Below are positions 51,854-64,000 of a DNA stretch of 64,000 bases, piece by piece. The stretch covers positions 12,484,184-12,548,183 of the forward strand of contig MU058844.1 of the NCBI GenBank assembly GCA_013265495.1, given 5' to 3'. Position 1 is the stretch's first letter. Each line of letters opens with the position of its first letter. The position numbers were made by a program, and so were the translations under genes. The stretch comes from Vicugna vicugna (Eukaryota). The notes below the pieces were generated by a model. It was not told the DNA's origin. It worked only from the letters and a program-made list of their open reading frames with translations, and made no database searches.

Positions 51854-52479
51854 AATTTAGAAGTACATTAGATTTCAGATGTATAATTTCAGAACTGGGA
51901 AGGGTTTGATGTGGTCCAGACTGGATCAACAGTCTCTTCACTTGGATGCTACCAGCACAGCAAGGAACCCTCAGGCTATGGGACAGATGGAGACCTGGGG
52001 AAATTGGCTGGAAAGGAAAGTAAGGGAAAGGGAAAGAGAGAAAGAGCAATGGCCTAGGACCGCCGTGGGGAGTGGTGGCTACCTTTGTCATAAGACTTCC
52101 TTAAAGCTACTATGACTCAAAGTCTGGTCTTCTCCTGGGCTAGATTTTACCTAAGCCACTCCATATGCGACTGGATAGTAAAGATGTAAAAGAAAACTTG
52201 TGGTTGGAGGGAGTCTCAGTTTACCCTTCTGTGAGTCCTGCACCCTCAGTCAGTGCTTTGGTAATAGATAGGGGTCTAGTCCTCCCAGATTCTCAGCTCA
52301 GGCAAGTGGGCTATGTGCTCTTCCCACAGACCATCACTCTCTCCTAAATAAGAATGATTATTTACTTGATATTTTACAGTTTTCAAAGCAATCAAGTTTC
52401 ATGGTTATAAGGCTTTGTAATCAGACAGCCTGAGATCAAATCTTATCTTCTGGTTGTGTGACATGGGGGCAAGTGAGTT

Positions 52480-53150
52480 CACTCATTCAGCAACTATTTA
52501 CTGAGCCATAATGTGGCAACTAGAGATAGAATAATGAACAAAACAGAAGTCCCTCCTTATCACATGGAACTTAAATTCTAGTGGGAGAGAGAGTGAATAG
52601 GTAAGTAACTATATGAATATTATACTATGATAGGTGCTAAAGGGAAAATGTAAAGCAGAGGAGGAAGATAAGAAGTATTAAGGGGATGTGGCTTTAATTT
52701 TAGATAAGGTGACCAGGGAAGGCTTACTAAGAAGGTGGCTTTTTAGAAAAGAATGTGAAGGAAGAAGCCATGGTGACAATCGGGGAAGAGCACTCAAGGG
52801 GAGAAAGTAGCCAGCATGATGGCTGTGAAGTGGGGCGGTGGGGGAAAGAGCCATGGGGGCTGCAAGGAGGTCAGTGTAACTGGAATAAGCAAGAGAAAGA
52901 GGGGGGAAAGTGAGGCCAGAGAGGCAGCCCCACCTCGAGGACCTTGTAGAACAAAAGGATTTGGGCTTTTACTGTGAGTAACGTAGGAAGCCACCCAAAG
53001 GTTCTGAGCGGAAGAGTGACCAGATCTGATTCAAGTTTCCACAGGATCATTCTGCCTGTTGGGTCTTCGAACAGACTGAGCAGAGAGAAGGGTGGGGAAA
53101 GGGAAACCAGCAAGGAACCTATTGCAATAACCCAGGCAAAAGAGATGATG
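52480..53150 (-). mobile_element. L2 LINE fragment
   Basis: cactcattcagcaactatttactgagc...gaagagtgaccagatctgattcaagtttccacaggatcattctgcctg...aacccaggcaaaagagatgatggc. Confidence 0.8.
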
Positions 53151-54101
53151 GCATATATTGAGCAACATCTTCGTGTGTCTTCTTCCTCATCTACGCAAGG
53201 GGTGTAGCAATGCTCGCTGCTTTGGACACTCCGTGAGATGTAGCGTTCACAGATGTAAGAGACGGAGCGAACACTCAGATATTCGCTCTTATGTGGTCGT
53301 CTTTGAATTTCTCAACTGGCCTCCTTTTATGGATACAGAAAGTGCAGTTTAGGGGATTTAAATGACTCCTCTGAATATCTGGAAAGGGTTACAGGCAGAA
53401 CTTGAGCAGAGGGTAAGCCTTACAGTGTGACATGTTGCTGCTACTTTCAGGGAGTAACTCATTCAACCTCATTCTAACCAATGTTTGCTCTGACTCTGTT
53501 CTTCAGATTAACCAGCCACCCAGCATCATCCTGTCCTTAGCTAACCCTGGGCCACAGAACAAGTAGGTTTGAGGGACAGAAAGAGACGCGGAGGGGTTCA
53601 GAGCAGAGGGTCACTCCAAATTAGAGAGGGCCCACCCTGAGCATTTAGAGAGGATAAACTGGAGATACTTTAGGAAGAAGGTAAAACAAAGGACTATAGA
53701 AAGAAGATGAAATACAGGCATGTAGGAAAAGCAAAAAAAAAACCCCAAAACCAAAAAAAAACCAACCAAACAAAAAAAAAAAAAAGAAAGAAAGAAAGAA
53801 AGGAAGAAAAGTACTACAGAGAGAAGGTTAAATACTAGAGGCAAATTTTACCTTCTTCAAAATCCTGTTCAGGGCTGTCTCTGCAGTTCTTTTTAGACTT
53901 TACAACCTTCTTGAATGACTTTACTTTTAACCCGCTCCGAGTTTTCCACATCTCTCTTTAGCAGCAATAAAATGTGGATGCCCAATCACATTGAGAAACC
54001 ATTATGGGGGCAGAGGAAACAGAGAGGGAAGTATACCTAAAATTAAGACCAATTAAAGAGCACGACCCTTGTAATCAGGAGCCAATTAAGAATGCAGAGT
54101 G

Positions 54102-54235
54102 GAGGGGAGGGTACAGCTCAGTGGTAGAGTGCATGCCTAGCACACATGAGGTCCTGGGTTCAATCCCCAGGACTTCTGTTAAAAAATAAATAAAATAAAT
54201 AAACCTAATTATCTCCCGCCCAATCCCCACCCCAA
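54102..54235 (+). mobile_element. tRNA-derived SINE, Vic-1-like, with perfect 14-bp TSD
   Basis: TSD AAGAATGCAGAGTG at 54088-54101 and 54236-54249. Intact A box cagctcagtggtagag and B box ggttcaatccc. Confidence 0.92.
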
Positions 54236-54519
54236 AAGAATGCAGAGTGATTTATCCTTGGAATGAGTTATTCATGTTAATTTTGTATTAGGAACAGGAG
54301 ATATTCTTTTCCTTTCAAATCCTTTTCTTCAAAGGAAAGCTGTCTCATTCTTCCGCTTTAGTTATTCAAAAAAAAATCTAGACTAACAAAAATATTCTTC
54401 ATACAAATGAGCTATCCTTGTGTTTGAAATATCACAACATAACTATTTCTGCCAGCACCCATAGCAATAGTGTCTTCACCCACCAGTGTGCACCCTCCTC
54501 TTCATTAGAAAGCTTAATG

Positions 54520-54840
54520 TGTGCTTATATTCATTAACAAAGGTAATCCTGGCTTAATCAGCATCCAAATTTACATGTCCTCCTTTGTAGCAATAAGCCC
54601 TCGGAAATTAATAAAAACGCCTTCTAATTTATGCAAATCACCATAATCAGATTTGTCGTTAATTTTATGTGCATTAAGTTTCTATTTAGACAATGAAAAG
54701 AGCTCGGCCAAGGCCAGAACACACACAAATCCAAGCCAGAAAAAAGAAATTTTCACTCCTAATAAAAATGTGGGAAGTAGGGGGGCTGCACACTGGGATG
54801 AGACCTTTCATTAATTTGATAGCATAAGAAGCTAATGAGG
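54520..54840. promoter_or_regulatory. Candidate developmental enhancer (SOX/POU/homeodomain cluster)
   Basis: AACAAAGG, TTAATAAAA, ATGCAAAT, GACAATG and many TAAT cores in non-repeat sequence. Confidence 0.4.
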
Positions 54841-55994
54841 CCATCTTCAAGTTATTCCATTTCTTCCCCAGTTAAATTGATTCTGGAAGAGTCAGACACC
54901 TGGGGGTTGTAAAAATGTCAGAGGATGAGCCAAATAGCAAAGCCAGTCTTAGAAGGGGCAAGTTCATTTTTGTTGGACTGAGAAAATTAAACTTGGAACA
55001 TCCCACTCGAAAAACCTTGACAGCTTAAGTAGTGTAAGAATCACAGTAACTGACGTGTAATCATTTTGTCTTCATCTTTAATGGACTGTTAGATAGTATC
55101 TTCCACATCTTTGCCAATAAAGCAGCAGTCATGGTTTGTGTGTTTGTTTGTTTTTTTAAACAATTTGCTTTGGTAAATGTAATTAGGGGGTTTCAGCAGG
55201 AAGCCCCAAACATCCAGCCCAATTTTCATTTTGGTAACACAGGCAATGGCTCCCCAAAGATCTCGCTTCTTAGCAGTTGCATCTGCTCACCTAATTGACA
55301 ATGCAGGAGGGAATGGTTGTAATTTGTTTTGTTTGGACTACATCAACAATTTGTAAAACATTTATAACCACATGGTGTCAGAGATGGTAACTGTATAAAT
55401 CCATACCAGTTCTTCTGGTGAGAACTTATAATTTCAAATAACAGACTGCCTTTTTCAGTGGTACTTATGGTACATCTGTAATTTTGAAACGTAATTCCCT
55501 CATGGTATCTGTCTAAATGGGTCTGGGAAATCACATTTCTGCTACAGAGAAGTCTTGAGTGGAGTAAGTTAGAGTGAACAGGCAAGGGGAGAAAAATATA
55601 CTTTGTTGGTTGAACCAGATGATACAAATCAGCCATTCTATGTCTTGCTTTCAAAGAACATCCAGTAAGAATTATCAAGAAGAAAAATGCTTTCATTTTC
55701 TTTTCCACTGGATCAGTGAGCTTGTAGTAACTTGACAGCCTACTCTACCAAGTTGGAAAAATAATTAAATTTAATTAAACAATGTTTACAATTCTTTGCA
55801 CATGTAAATGTTAACTTTTGGGTCCTCTGTTACTATCATCTGTTTTATATTTATGCTTTATATTTTTTAAACTGGGGTCAAAATAATTAAGCAGAGTTTA
55901 AGTAATTTAAAGCATACCTAGCTGGAAAATCTTATTTCTCTGAATTGAAAGGAAAGATATCAAGAAAATTATTTCAACCAAATCCAATCAATTT

Positions 55995-56095
55995 TACCCA
56001 AGACTGTTTCACTGAACAGCTCCCAGAGGTTCCATTCACATCATTAGCTGTGAGAATGGCGCCCCCTTGAGTTGTGCAGTCCTACATTCAGTGGC
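55995..56095. mobile_element. hAT-Tip100 MITE (MER91-like), imperfect palindrome
   Basis: ctgaacagctcccagaggttccattcaca...tgtgagaatggcgcccccttgagttgtgcag. Confidence 0.6.
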
Positions 56096-57128
56096 TCAGA
56101 TTTTCCCGAGTCCACTGCTGTCAGATTACAGACTTCACGAACCAGTTTCTGAGCCTCGATTCTACACTGCGCAAAGCAAAACTTTCATGAGGATACTCTG
56201 TGCCATTATAAAGTCAAATTAGGCGTTTGTTCCATTTTACCAGACATTATATTACCCATCCCAGTTCCCATCTATGAATAGGAATAATAAATGAGGGTAG
56301 TGGGTTCGCCCATTAGTATTTATTGAAAAACTACTATATGCTAAGTACTCTTATTTTAATTAATGCTCACAATGAATCTGTATAATAATACTATTACCAC
56401 CTCCACAGGATGATTCAGCTAATAAATTAGAATATGGATTTGAATCCAGATCTATTTAATCTCAAAGCACATATTATTTCCCCTACATCATTTTCCATTG
56501 CTGCTATTATAAAAGCAGGCTTTGATAAGTGGCTATGGGAAACTCCTCCAAATGTGATGATCAGTTTCCACAAACATGATGCTACAACATAAAAGGGAGT
56601 GTTAACGTGGTGTCTAAACTACACCACCTTTTCCCCTAAGAGGTCAACATGAAAAAGTGTATGGAAAATCCTCCCAACGGAGATGTTGCAAAAAGAGCAG
56701 AGCAAACTGAATGCAAATGATCTGGTGCAGGGGATTAGAGGGGTGACAGAGCTGAACAAAGCTAATGCAGACGTAATGTGAGGAGTCAGGGATATGAGAA
56801 ATACAGATAAAAGGCACAAGCTACTAGATGAATCCACGACCAAGGGGAAGTGGACCTACACTAAGTGGACCAAGTGTCAGAGGACCAAAGGCAATAAAAT
56901 TAACGTTTAATGAGTACATCAAGAACATTGCTTTGCTAAAAGAAAATGAAAGAAAACAAGAATTCAGGGGGATGGGGGAGCATTCCAGAGGAACACCAGC
57001 TGAGTGGATCAGGATTGACAACCAGAGGTGATCCCAAAAGAACAGTTCTGGTTCTGTAGGAGGAGTTTGGGTCATAGCTGGAGGGGGGAGAAAGAGGGCA
57101 GTATTTCTTCAAGGATTATGCTGTGTGT

Positions 57129-57459
57129 TGTTAAAGGGTAAACTGAGGCATATTAAAAGTTTTTAGAGTTTATTTGAGCAAAAATGGATGGAACTGCAGT
57201 GCCAAACCGCAGGTGGTTAGGAGAGCTCCACAGACAGGAGCAGGGGAAAGATTTATACAGGGAAAGCATGGAAGCAAAGAAAGAAAATGATTTGATTGGC
57301 TAGTTAAAGCCTAGTTGGCTGTCTGTGATTGGTTGTCCTTAGCATTTTGATATCATCAGCTTGGGGCACTTATAGGCTTAGATTTCAGTTGACTTTGTGG
57401 GCCCCCACGGCATTAGAACCCCGGTGGTCTAATCGCCTCCCTGTTTAATTAATTTAACA
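57129..57459 (-). mobile_element. ERV1-class solo LTR, minus strand
   Basis: Inverted termini TGTTAAA...TTTAACA, reversed poly(A) signal tttatt, reversed TATA tttata and reversed CCAAT boxes gattgg. Confidence 0.75.
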
Positions 57460-59121
57460 GCATTTGTCAAATCCTATATCCTTTTCTTCTGGCTCATAGC
57501 TCGACTACTTTCCCCCGTCTCTCTAGCAGTTATGTGTGGCCTGTGTGGTTGAATTTGGCCAATGGGAGAAGAATGAGGTGATGGCACCACTTTGTGGATG
57601 AGATGGTTAGAATGCATGTGTGTCTTCTCTTCAGGCTCCTTCCCCGTGTGCTGACTGAATGAAGACAGCAGTAAGTTTCTAGAGGTGGGTAGAGCCACAA
57701 GATGGCAGGAGCCCAGGTCCCCAGATGAACACATGGAAGTCAATCAACCAGAAATACACATTGCAGAGTAACAAGAGCAAGAAATAAGCTTGTTGTGAAC
57801 AAAACATAGGCAAAACATTCTCTGACATAAATCTTAGCAATGTTTTCCTAGGGTATTCTACCCAGGCAATAGGAAAAAAAAGAGGCAAAAATTAACAAAT
57901 GAGACCTAATTAAACTATAAGCTTTTGCACAGCAAAGGAAACCATAAGCAAAACAAAATGACAACCTACAGAATGGGAGCAAATATTTGCAAATGATGCA
58001 ACTGACAAAGGCTTAATTTCCATAATATATAAACAGCTGATATAACTTAATAACAAAAAACCAAAAACCCAATCTAAAAATAGGCATAAGACCTAAACAA
58101 GCAATTCTCCAGTGAAGATATACAAATGGCCAATAGGCACATGAAAAAAATACTCAATATCACTAATTATCAGAGGAATGCAAATCAAAACTACCATGAG
58201 GTATCACCTCACACCAGTCAGAATGGCCATCATTCAAAAATCCACGAATGATAAATGCTGTAGAGAGAGGGTGTGAAGAAAAGGAACCCTTCTACACAAT
58301 TGTGGGGCTGTAGTTTGGTGCAGCCATTATGGAATACAGTACGGAGATTCCTCAAAAAACTAAAAAGACTTACTATATGTTCCAACAATCCCACTCCCAG
58401 GTATATATCTGGAGGGATCTCTAATTTGAAAAGATACATGAACTCCAATGTTCACAGCAGCACTATATACAATAGCCAAGACATGGAAGCAACCTAAATG
58501 TCCATTGACAGATGACTGGATAGAGAAGTTGTGACATGTATATACAATGGAATACTACTCAGCCATAAAAAAGAACAAAATAATACCATGTGCAGCAACC
58601 TGGATGGGCCCAGAGACTGTCATTCTAAGTAAAGTAAGCCAGAAAGAGACCATATGATATCACTCATATGTGGAATCTTAAAAAAAAAAAAAAGAGGACA
58701 CTAATAACTCATCTACAAAACAGAAACAGACTTATAGACATAGTAAACAATCTTATAGTTACTGCAGAAGGGCAATGGGAAGGGATAAATTTGGGAGTTA
58801 GAGATTTGCAAATGTTAGCTACTATATATAAAAGTAGATTAAAAAACAAATTCTGTGTGTATAGCACAGGGAACTATATTCAATATCTTGTCATAACCTT
58901 TAATGAAAAAGAATATGGAAACAAATATATGTATATATATGCATGACTGGGACATTGTGCTGAACACCAGAAATTGACACACTGTAAACTGTACTTCAGT
59001 TAAAAATAATAATGATAAACTTTTAAAAAGAAATAAGCTTGTTGTAAGCCATTGTAAGCCACTGAGAATTTAGAGTTTCTCTCTTACAAGGGTAAGTTTA
59101 ACTCTTACCCTAACTAATACA
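57460..59121 (+). mobile_element. MaLR LTR (MLT1J-like) split by an L1
   Basis: gagccacaagatggcaggagcccaggtccc...agcaagaaataagcttgttgt [L1] aagccactgagaatttagagtt...ccctaactaataca. Confidence 0.65.
57797..59027 (+). mobile_element. ~1.2 kb 5'-truncated L1 with perfect 18-bp TSD
   Basis: TSD AAGAAATAAGCTTGTTGT at 57779-57796 and 59028-59045. Frameshifted ORF2 end plus 3'UTR. Confidence 0.95.
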
Positions 59122-62100
59122 GGTTATTCCAAATTGTTTAGGGTTAAAGCCTAGAGGAAACCTGTGTAGACTGATAAACGATTGATAAAAGTGTCTCTGA
59201 AACCATTTAATGCTTCAAAAGCTGTCTTAGCTTACTGAACAAAACGAGCCTCCACTCACTCAGTGAAACTGAGGTGAACATGGCAGATCACATGGGACCT
59301 TGGAGATCATGCTCTGGAGCTGAGTTTTTTCTTTTTTATTTATTCTAAATACAATAGAAAGTAATTAGAGGTTTCTTAATATTCTGGGTTCTATACTCAG
59401 TATAATGAGACTTAGCTGTGTATGTTTATATGTATTAAATGTCCTACACTCTATAGCAAAGTTTAGTTGTACTTAGAACTGGATGAATGGGTAGAGACAA
59501 GGAAATATCCCTGACTTTAAGGAAAAAAAGAGTCAAGATGGAAACCGCTCCCTGCCCACCCCTCCTCATAGACTTTTATTCTTGGTGGCAGCTATTTTGA
59601 ACATGACACCCCCTGTGGATGGCATGTCAACCCCACAGCATACTTTGAAGACATTTGCTGTAATTGTCAATGCCTGCATTGTTCCTTGCGTCATTAAAGA
59701 AAAATCACCAGTCAGGCGTTGGAAAATATGTACTGGGGGTAGGGGGTTATTTTCCCCAGTCTTTCTCAAGGGCACCTTATTATAGTTTGTTTCATGTCAT
59801 TATGCTTTCCTCTGGAGTGTCATTAAAAAAAGAAAATTCAGAAGCCCTGACATTTGCGTGGTTGGATGTGAAATGCCACAGTATGTCTTAAATTGCAAAT
59901 AAAGAAATAAGACATTTCAGTCAAAAGGACAAATATGTTAGTGGCACTCACTCTTCTAGCTCGTCTGATTATCTTGAATGCCAAGGTTCTAAGCTTCCCA
60001 CGATGGTTCTTAGGGTTAGTTGTCTGTAGGATTCCTTCCTACATGAAAGAATTGTGATGTGGAAATTTATCAGCCTTCTTATAATCTTGACTTCTAGTGC
60101 ACCTGCTGAAATTAGCTATCATTGAATTCAGTTGTCTTCTGAGCACGGGGATATTTGGTTCAAGTTTATTTGTTTGTTGTTTTTGTTTTTTAAACTGGTA
60201 GACATAATGCTTGCATTAAAACTCAGATCAACACTATTTCTTCTCCTGCCTAATTAAACTATGGTAAATAATCAAGTCTGCCTTCATAATATAATATTTG
60301 TTTATAACCCATACATTTTCTGTCATTATGAGGTGATGGGAAAGGTTTCTCTCTTTAATTAGCATGTATGTGTGAATAAGTATGTGTGTGGTTGCATGCA
60401 TGTGTGTGTGTATGTACTCTAAGGTATCTCGACCCCTGAATATCTTGATAGATTACCAGTGATACTGGCTGCCTGATAAACCTCCTGTTTCCTGGAGGCA
60501 CCAAGCCACAGTAAGACCCTGCCTGCAAGAAGAGAGTCTCCTTGTGTGCCAACAACTGTCCCCACAGCCCTGGTGGCTTTGTATCCAGAGGCAAATTCAG
60601 CAGCACAGACTATCAGCCTAACAGATCTTGCTTTGTAGCCTGGAAACTTGGCTTGCTGCCTCTAGCATGAGATAAAGCAACCAGAGGTGAGTCTCAGCCT
60701 GTCCAGGGCACAGAGGATAACGCACATCTGAAATGGTTTTTTATACGCTAGGATTACCCATTTATACATGTGTACATTTATACAGTGTGGTTTGAACATT
60801 TATAACTTTGATTTTACTAGCAGCCCCATTGTCTGCAGCCCAAGAGATAATGGGATTATCACCAGAACATCTTCGTTATACATTTTCCTAGGACTAACCA
60901 AGGTCTGGGACAGATATGAATCAACTCCTGTCATGAAGGGGGCATCTTGCCTGCTCTGCACCAATTTTCCGTACAGTAGGATGGACCTGTTACTGCCTTT
61001 TGAAGAAGCAGCTCTCCTAGGAGGTGAAAAAAAATGTGTGTTTTGAAAGGAAAGATTATAAAACCACAAGATTCTTCAAAGCATGCCCCAATAAATACAC
61101 TGAAATACACTTTTTCTTTTGTCCTTTCCAAAGAAGACTGAAACTCAGAAACTTCTTTCAACTGTTTCCAATATTTGCCCTTTTCCCTATTTTGCTCCCT
61201 TCAGAATTAAACCACCTCAAAGAAATCCCCAACAGTTTAACTCAATTTCTGCAGCAAATTACTCTGTAAGTTAGAGAGAAGAGCAAAACCATTTCAAAAG
61301 TCAACATTAAACTTCCAAGATGATTATCCTTGATACAATTTATATTTCCTGCAAAAATATATATGGTGCCTATCGTTACCTTTAGAAATGTAGGTAATTT
61401 GATTAATATAAAAGGCTTTCAAGAATGAGTCTGAAAGTCTTGATTGTTAATCACACTTACCACAAAGTGAATTCTAATGATTTATTAACCACTGCAGTTA
61501 GCCCAAAATGAATTCCTGCAGAAATTGGGTAAAATTACATGGGAGATTACTCTTCTGTATAAACCAGATAAATTATCCCTAGGTTATATACATGCCCGAG
61601 AAAGTTACATCAAGAATGCAGCAAGTAACAAAACTCATCAGTCTTCTAACATGTGATTTTTGACCTTCACATTTTAATCTAAGTGAGATACCAACAAGAA
61701 ATCTTTTAAAAATTACGCTGGGTTTTCATGTAAGTCTATCTAGTAATTTATTTTACTGAGGATATGTAATTTCTTGTGTAACTTTCTCAACAGTCTCTTC
61801 ATTATCTACAGATAAGGTTTTCTAGGATGAAGAATAGCCTTTTACTCAAACATTTTTGTTTTCTCTAACTTTCTAAAGTAAAGGAAATCTGATCCCCTTT
61901 AATTTTAAAGAATTGTTCAACATTTTAAGATGATGTCTAAATGTTTATGGGGAAAATTAAAAATATTTTGCATGGTTGTTTTCTTCTTTTATTAAAAAGT
62001 TAGGCATAAATATAAAGTATTATACCATGTTAACAAAATACAATGCACATGCTATTCATGTACTACAGAACTTCATATCGAAAAAAATTTTCTGGTAACA

Positions 62101-62764
62101 AAGACAATCAGAGGAGTGCTATAGACAAGCTTCCTACCGTTCAAATATCATCAGAATTCAATAGGAAAAATATCTATAAATTTTGCTTGTCTACAAATTC
62201 ATCTAATGATTAAAAATGCATTTTATTGAGAAGAAGGAAAGCTTAGACTATTTAAAAGTATGAATAATCAGGTTCTGGGTTGACAATTAGATTTTAAGCA
62301 TATCAAAGCTAAAGTTCACTGTGAAGATAAAATTAAGTACCCTAGTGTTGTCAATAAAGTCTCTATAAATGTTGATTGTTTACTGCCCAACAAAACTTAC
62401 AGGATTTTTGGGAGGATCACAAACGTAATAAATGTGATCATCCCTTTCGCCATGAAGGTGCTATATTAACATTAGTTGTCATTGTTATTGCCTTAATTTT
62501 CTTCCCAAATTATTATATCTTCCTTAAAGTGGAATGTGCCAATTAACATTTGGTGGCATTGACTAAGTGTGTGGAAAATCCACTTAAGCTCCCCAGGAGT
62601 AAGTCCCCAGTGGTCAGATGAGACCCATCATTTCTACCAGCCTAACAAATATACTCTCACTCATCAAAAGAGATCAGGAAGGTAAATTCATATTAAAATT
62701 AAATGACTGTAAATAACTGGTGGCTGTGTTGGTCCTCTTGAATTGAAATAAATCTTGTCCACAG

Positions 62765-62950
62765 TGTGTTTTGTATGGCCTGCAAGCTATGAATGGCTTT
62801 CACATTTTTTAAAAGGAAGAATGGAATGAGGGAAGGAGGAAGGGAAGGAGGGAAGGAAGGAAGGAAAATACATGCTACAGAAACAGCATGTGGCCTGCCT
62901 AAAATATCTACTGCTTGGCTTTTTATAGGAAAAGTTTGCAATTTGTGATC
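62765..62950. mobile_element. hAT-Charlie MITE fragment (MER58 family) with a GGAA-rich insert
   Basis: tgtatggcctgcaagctatgaatggctttcacattttttaaa...cctaaaatatctactgcttggcttttataggaaaagtttgc. Confidence 0.6.
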
Positions 62951-63162
62951 TAGATACTACAATTACAAGCAAAGTTGTTTCTGGTCCCTCAATTTAATAA
63001 AGGTGCTACATATATATTTCCATTAATAGATAGTTGAAATTTTAATTTTTAATACTTTACTGATGTATACTTTATGTACAATAAACTTTACATATTTAAA
63101 GTATATGATTTATAAGTTTTCCAATGAAACTATTATCCCAATCAAGATATTAAACATTTCAT

Positions 63163-64000
63163 TTCTTAGGTCAGTCTCCCAAGGCAAAAGGAAAAAAAGC
63201 AAAAATGAACAAATGGTACCTAATCAAACTTATGAGCTTTTTCACAGCAAAGGAAACCATAACCAAAATGAAAAGACAACCTATGGAATGGAAGGAAATA
63301 TTTGCAAACAATGTGACAGATAAGGGCTTAATTTTCATAATATGCAAACAGCTCATACAGCTCAATAACAAAAAACAAACAACTCAATCAAACAATGGGC
63401 AGAAGTCCTAAACAGACATTTCTCCAAAGAAGACATACAGGTGGCCAACAAGCACATGAAAAAATGTTCACTAGCACTAATTATTAGAGAAATACAAATC
63501 AAAACTATAATGAGATATCACCTCACAACAGTCAGAATGGCCATCATCAAAAAGTCAACAAATAATAAATGCTGGAGAGGGTGTGGAGAAAAGAGAACCC
63601 TCCTACACTGTTGGTGGGAATGCAAATTGGTGCAGTCGCTATGAAGAACACTATGGAGATTGCTTAAAAACTAAAAATAGACTTACCATATGATCCTACA
63701 ACCCCACTCGTGGGCATATATCCAGAGAAAATTCTAATTTGAAAAGACACATGCACCCCAATGGTCATAGCAACACTATTTACAGTAGGCAAGACATGGA
63801 AGCACCCTAAACATCCATTGACAGATAAATGGATAAAGGAGATGTGGTGTATGTATTTACAATGGAATATTACTCAGCCATAGAAAAGAATGAAATAATG
63901 TCATTTGCAGCAACATAGGTGGACCTAGAGATTATCATATTAAGTAAAGTAAGTCAAAGACAAATATCATAATATCACTTACATGTGGAATAAAAAAAAC
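63163..64000 (+). mobile_element. L1 ORF2 3' region, continuing beyond the window
   Basis: MNKWYLIKLMSFFTAKETITKMKRQPMEWKEIFAN and [22 protein letters not shown]...[22 protein letters not shown]. Confidence 0.95.

Noticed and set aside
54102..54180. tRNA-like sequences (also at 5452, 19995, 23071 and 51780)
   Set aside because: They have A-rich tails, TSDs and no intact cloverleaf, so they are SINEs rather than tRNA genes.
56828..57031. 67-aa ORF that looks protein-like (possible retrocopy)
   Set aside because: No recognisable parent gene, poly(A) tail or TSD. It would need a tblastn/PhyloCSF signal to support it.
1..64000. CRISPR array, operon or defence-type system
   Set aside because: The sequence is mammalian (spliced gene, LINE/SINE content), with no regularly spaced repeat-spacer array or compact gene cluster.

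Overview
Mammalian genomic DNA, most likely a camelid (alpaca/camel). The species is inferred from Vic-1-like tRNA-derived SINEs and cetartiodactyl-type L1 3' ends. Bases 1-~9070 contain the last four coding exons (571-1069, 2306-2561, 4118-4539, 6063-6233, + strand) and the ~2.8 kb 3'UTR of the atypical E2F repressor E2F7. The remaining ~55 kb is intergenic (in human the next gene on this side is CSRP2) and consists mostly of L1, L2, MIR, SINE, MaLR/ERV solo LTRs and Tigger/hAT fossils, plus a few unique segments with enhancer-like motif content. I found no evidence of a new multi-gene system. The most notable observations are: an apparent PLSLV->PFSLV change in a CtBP-type motif of E2F7; an L1 truncated at both ends with a perfect TSD (internal priming); a ~185 bp intronic duplication; a distal 3'UTR miRNA-site cluster that alternative polyadenylation could remove; a MER41-like LTR with a GAS-like site; TE-borne CTCF motifs; a palindromic RFX X-box; and a SOX/POU/homeodomain motif cluster. 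Repeat family names come from recognition of consensus features, not from a database search.
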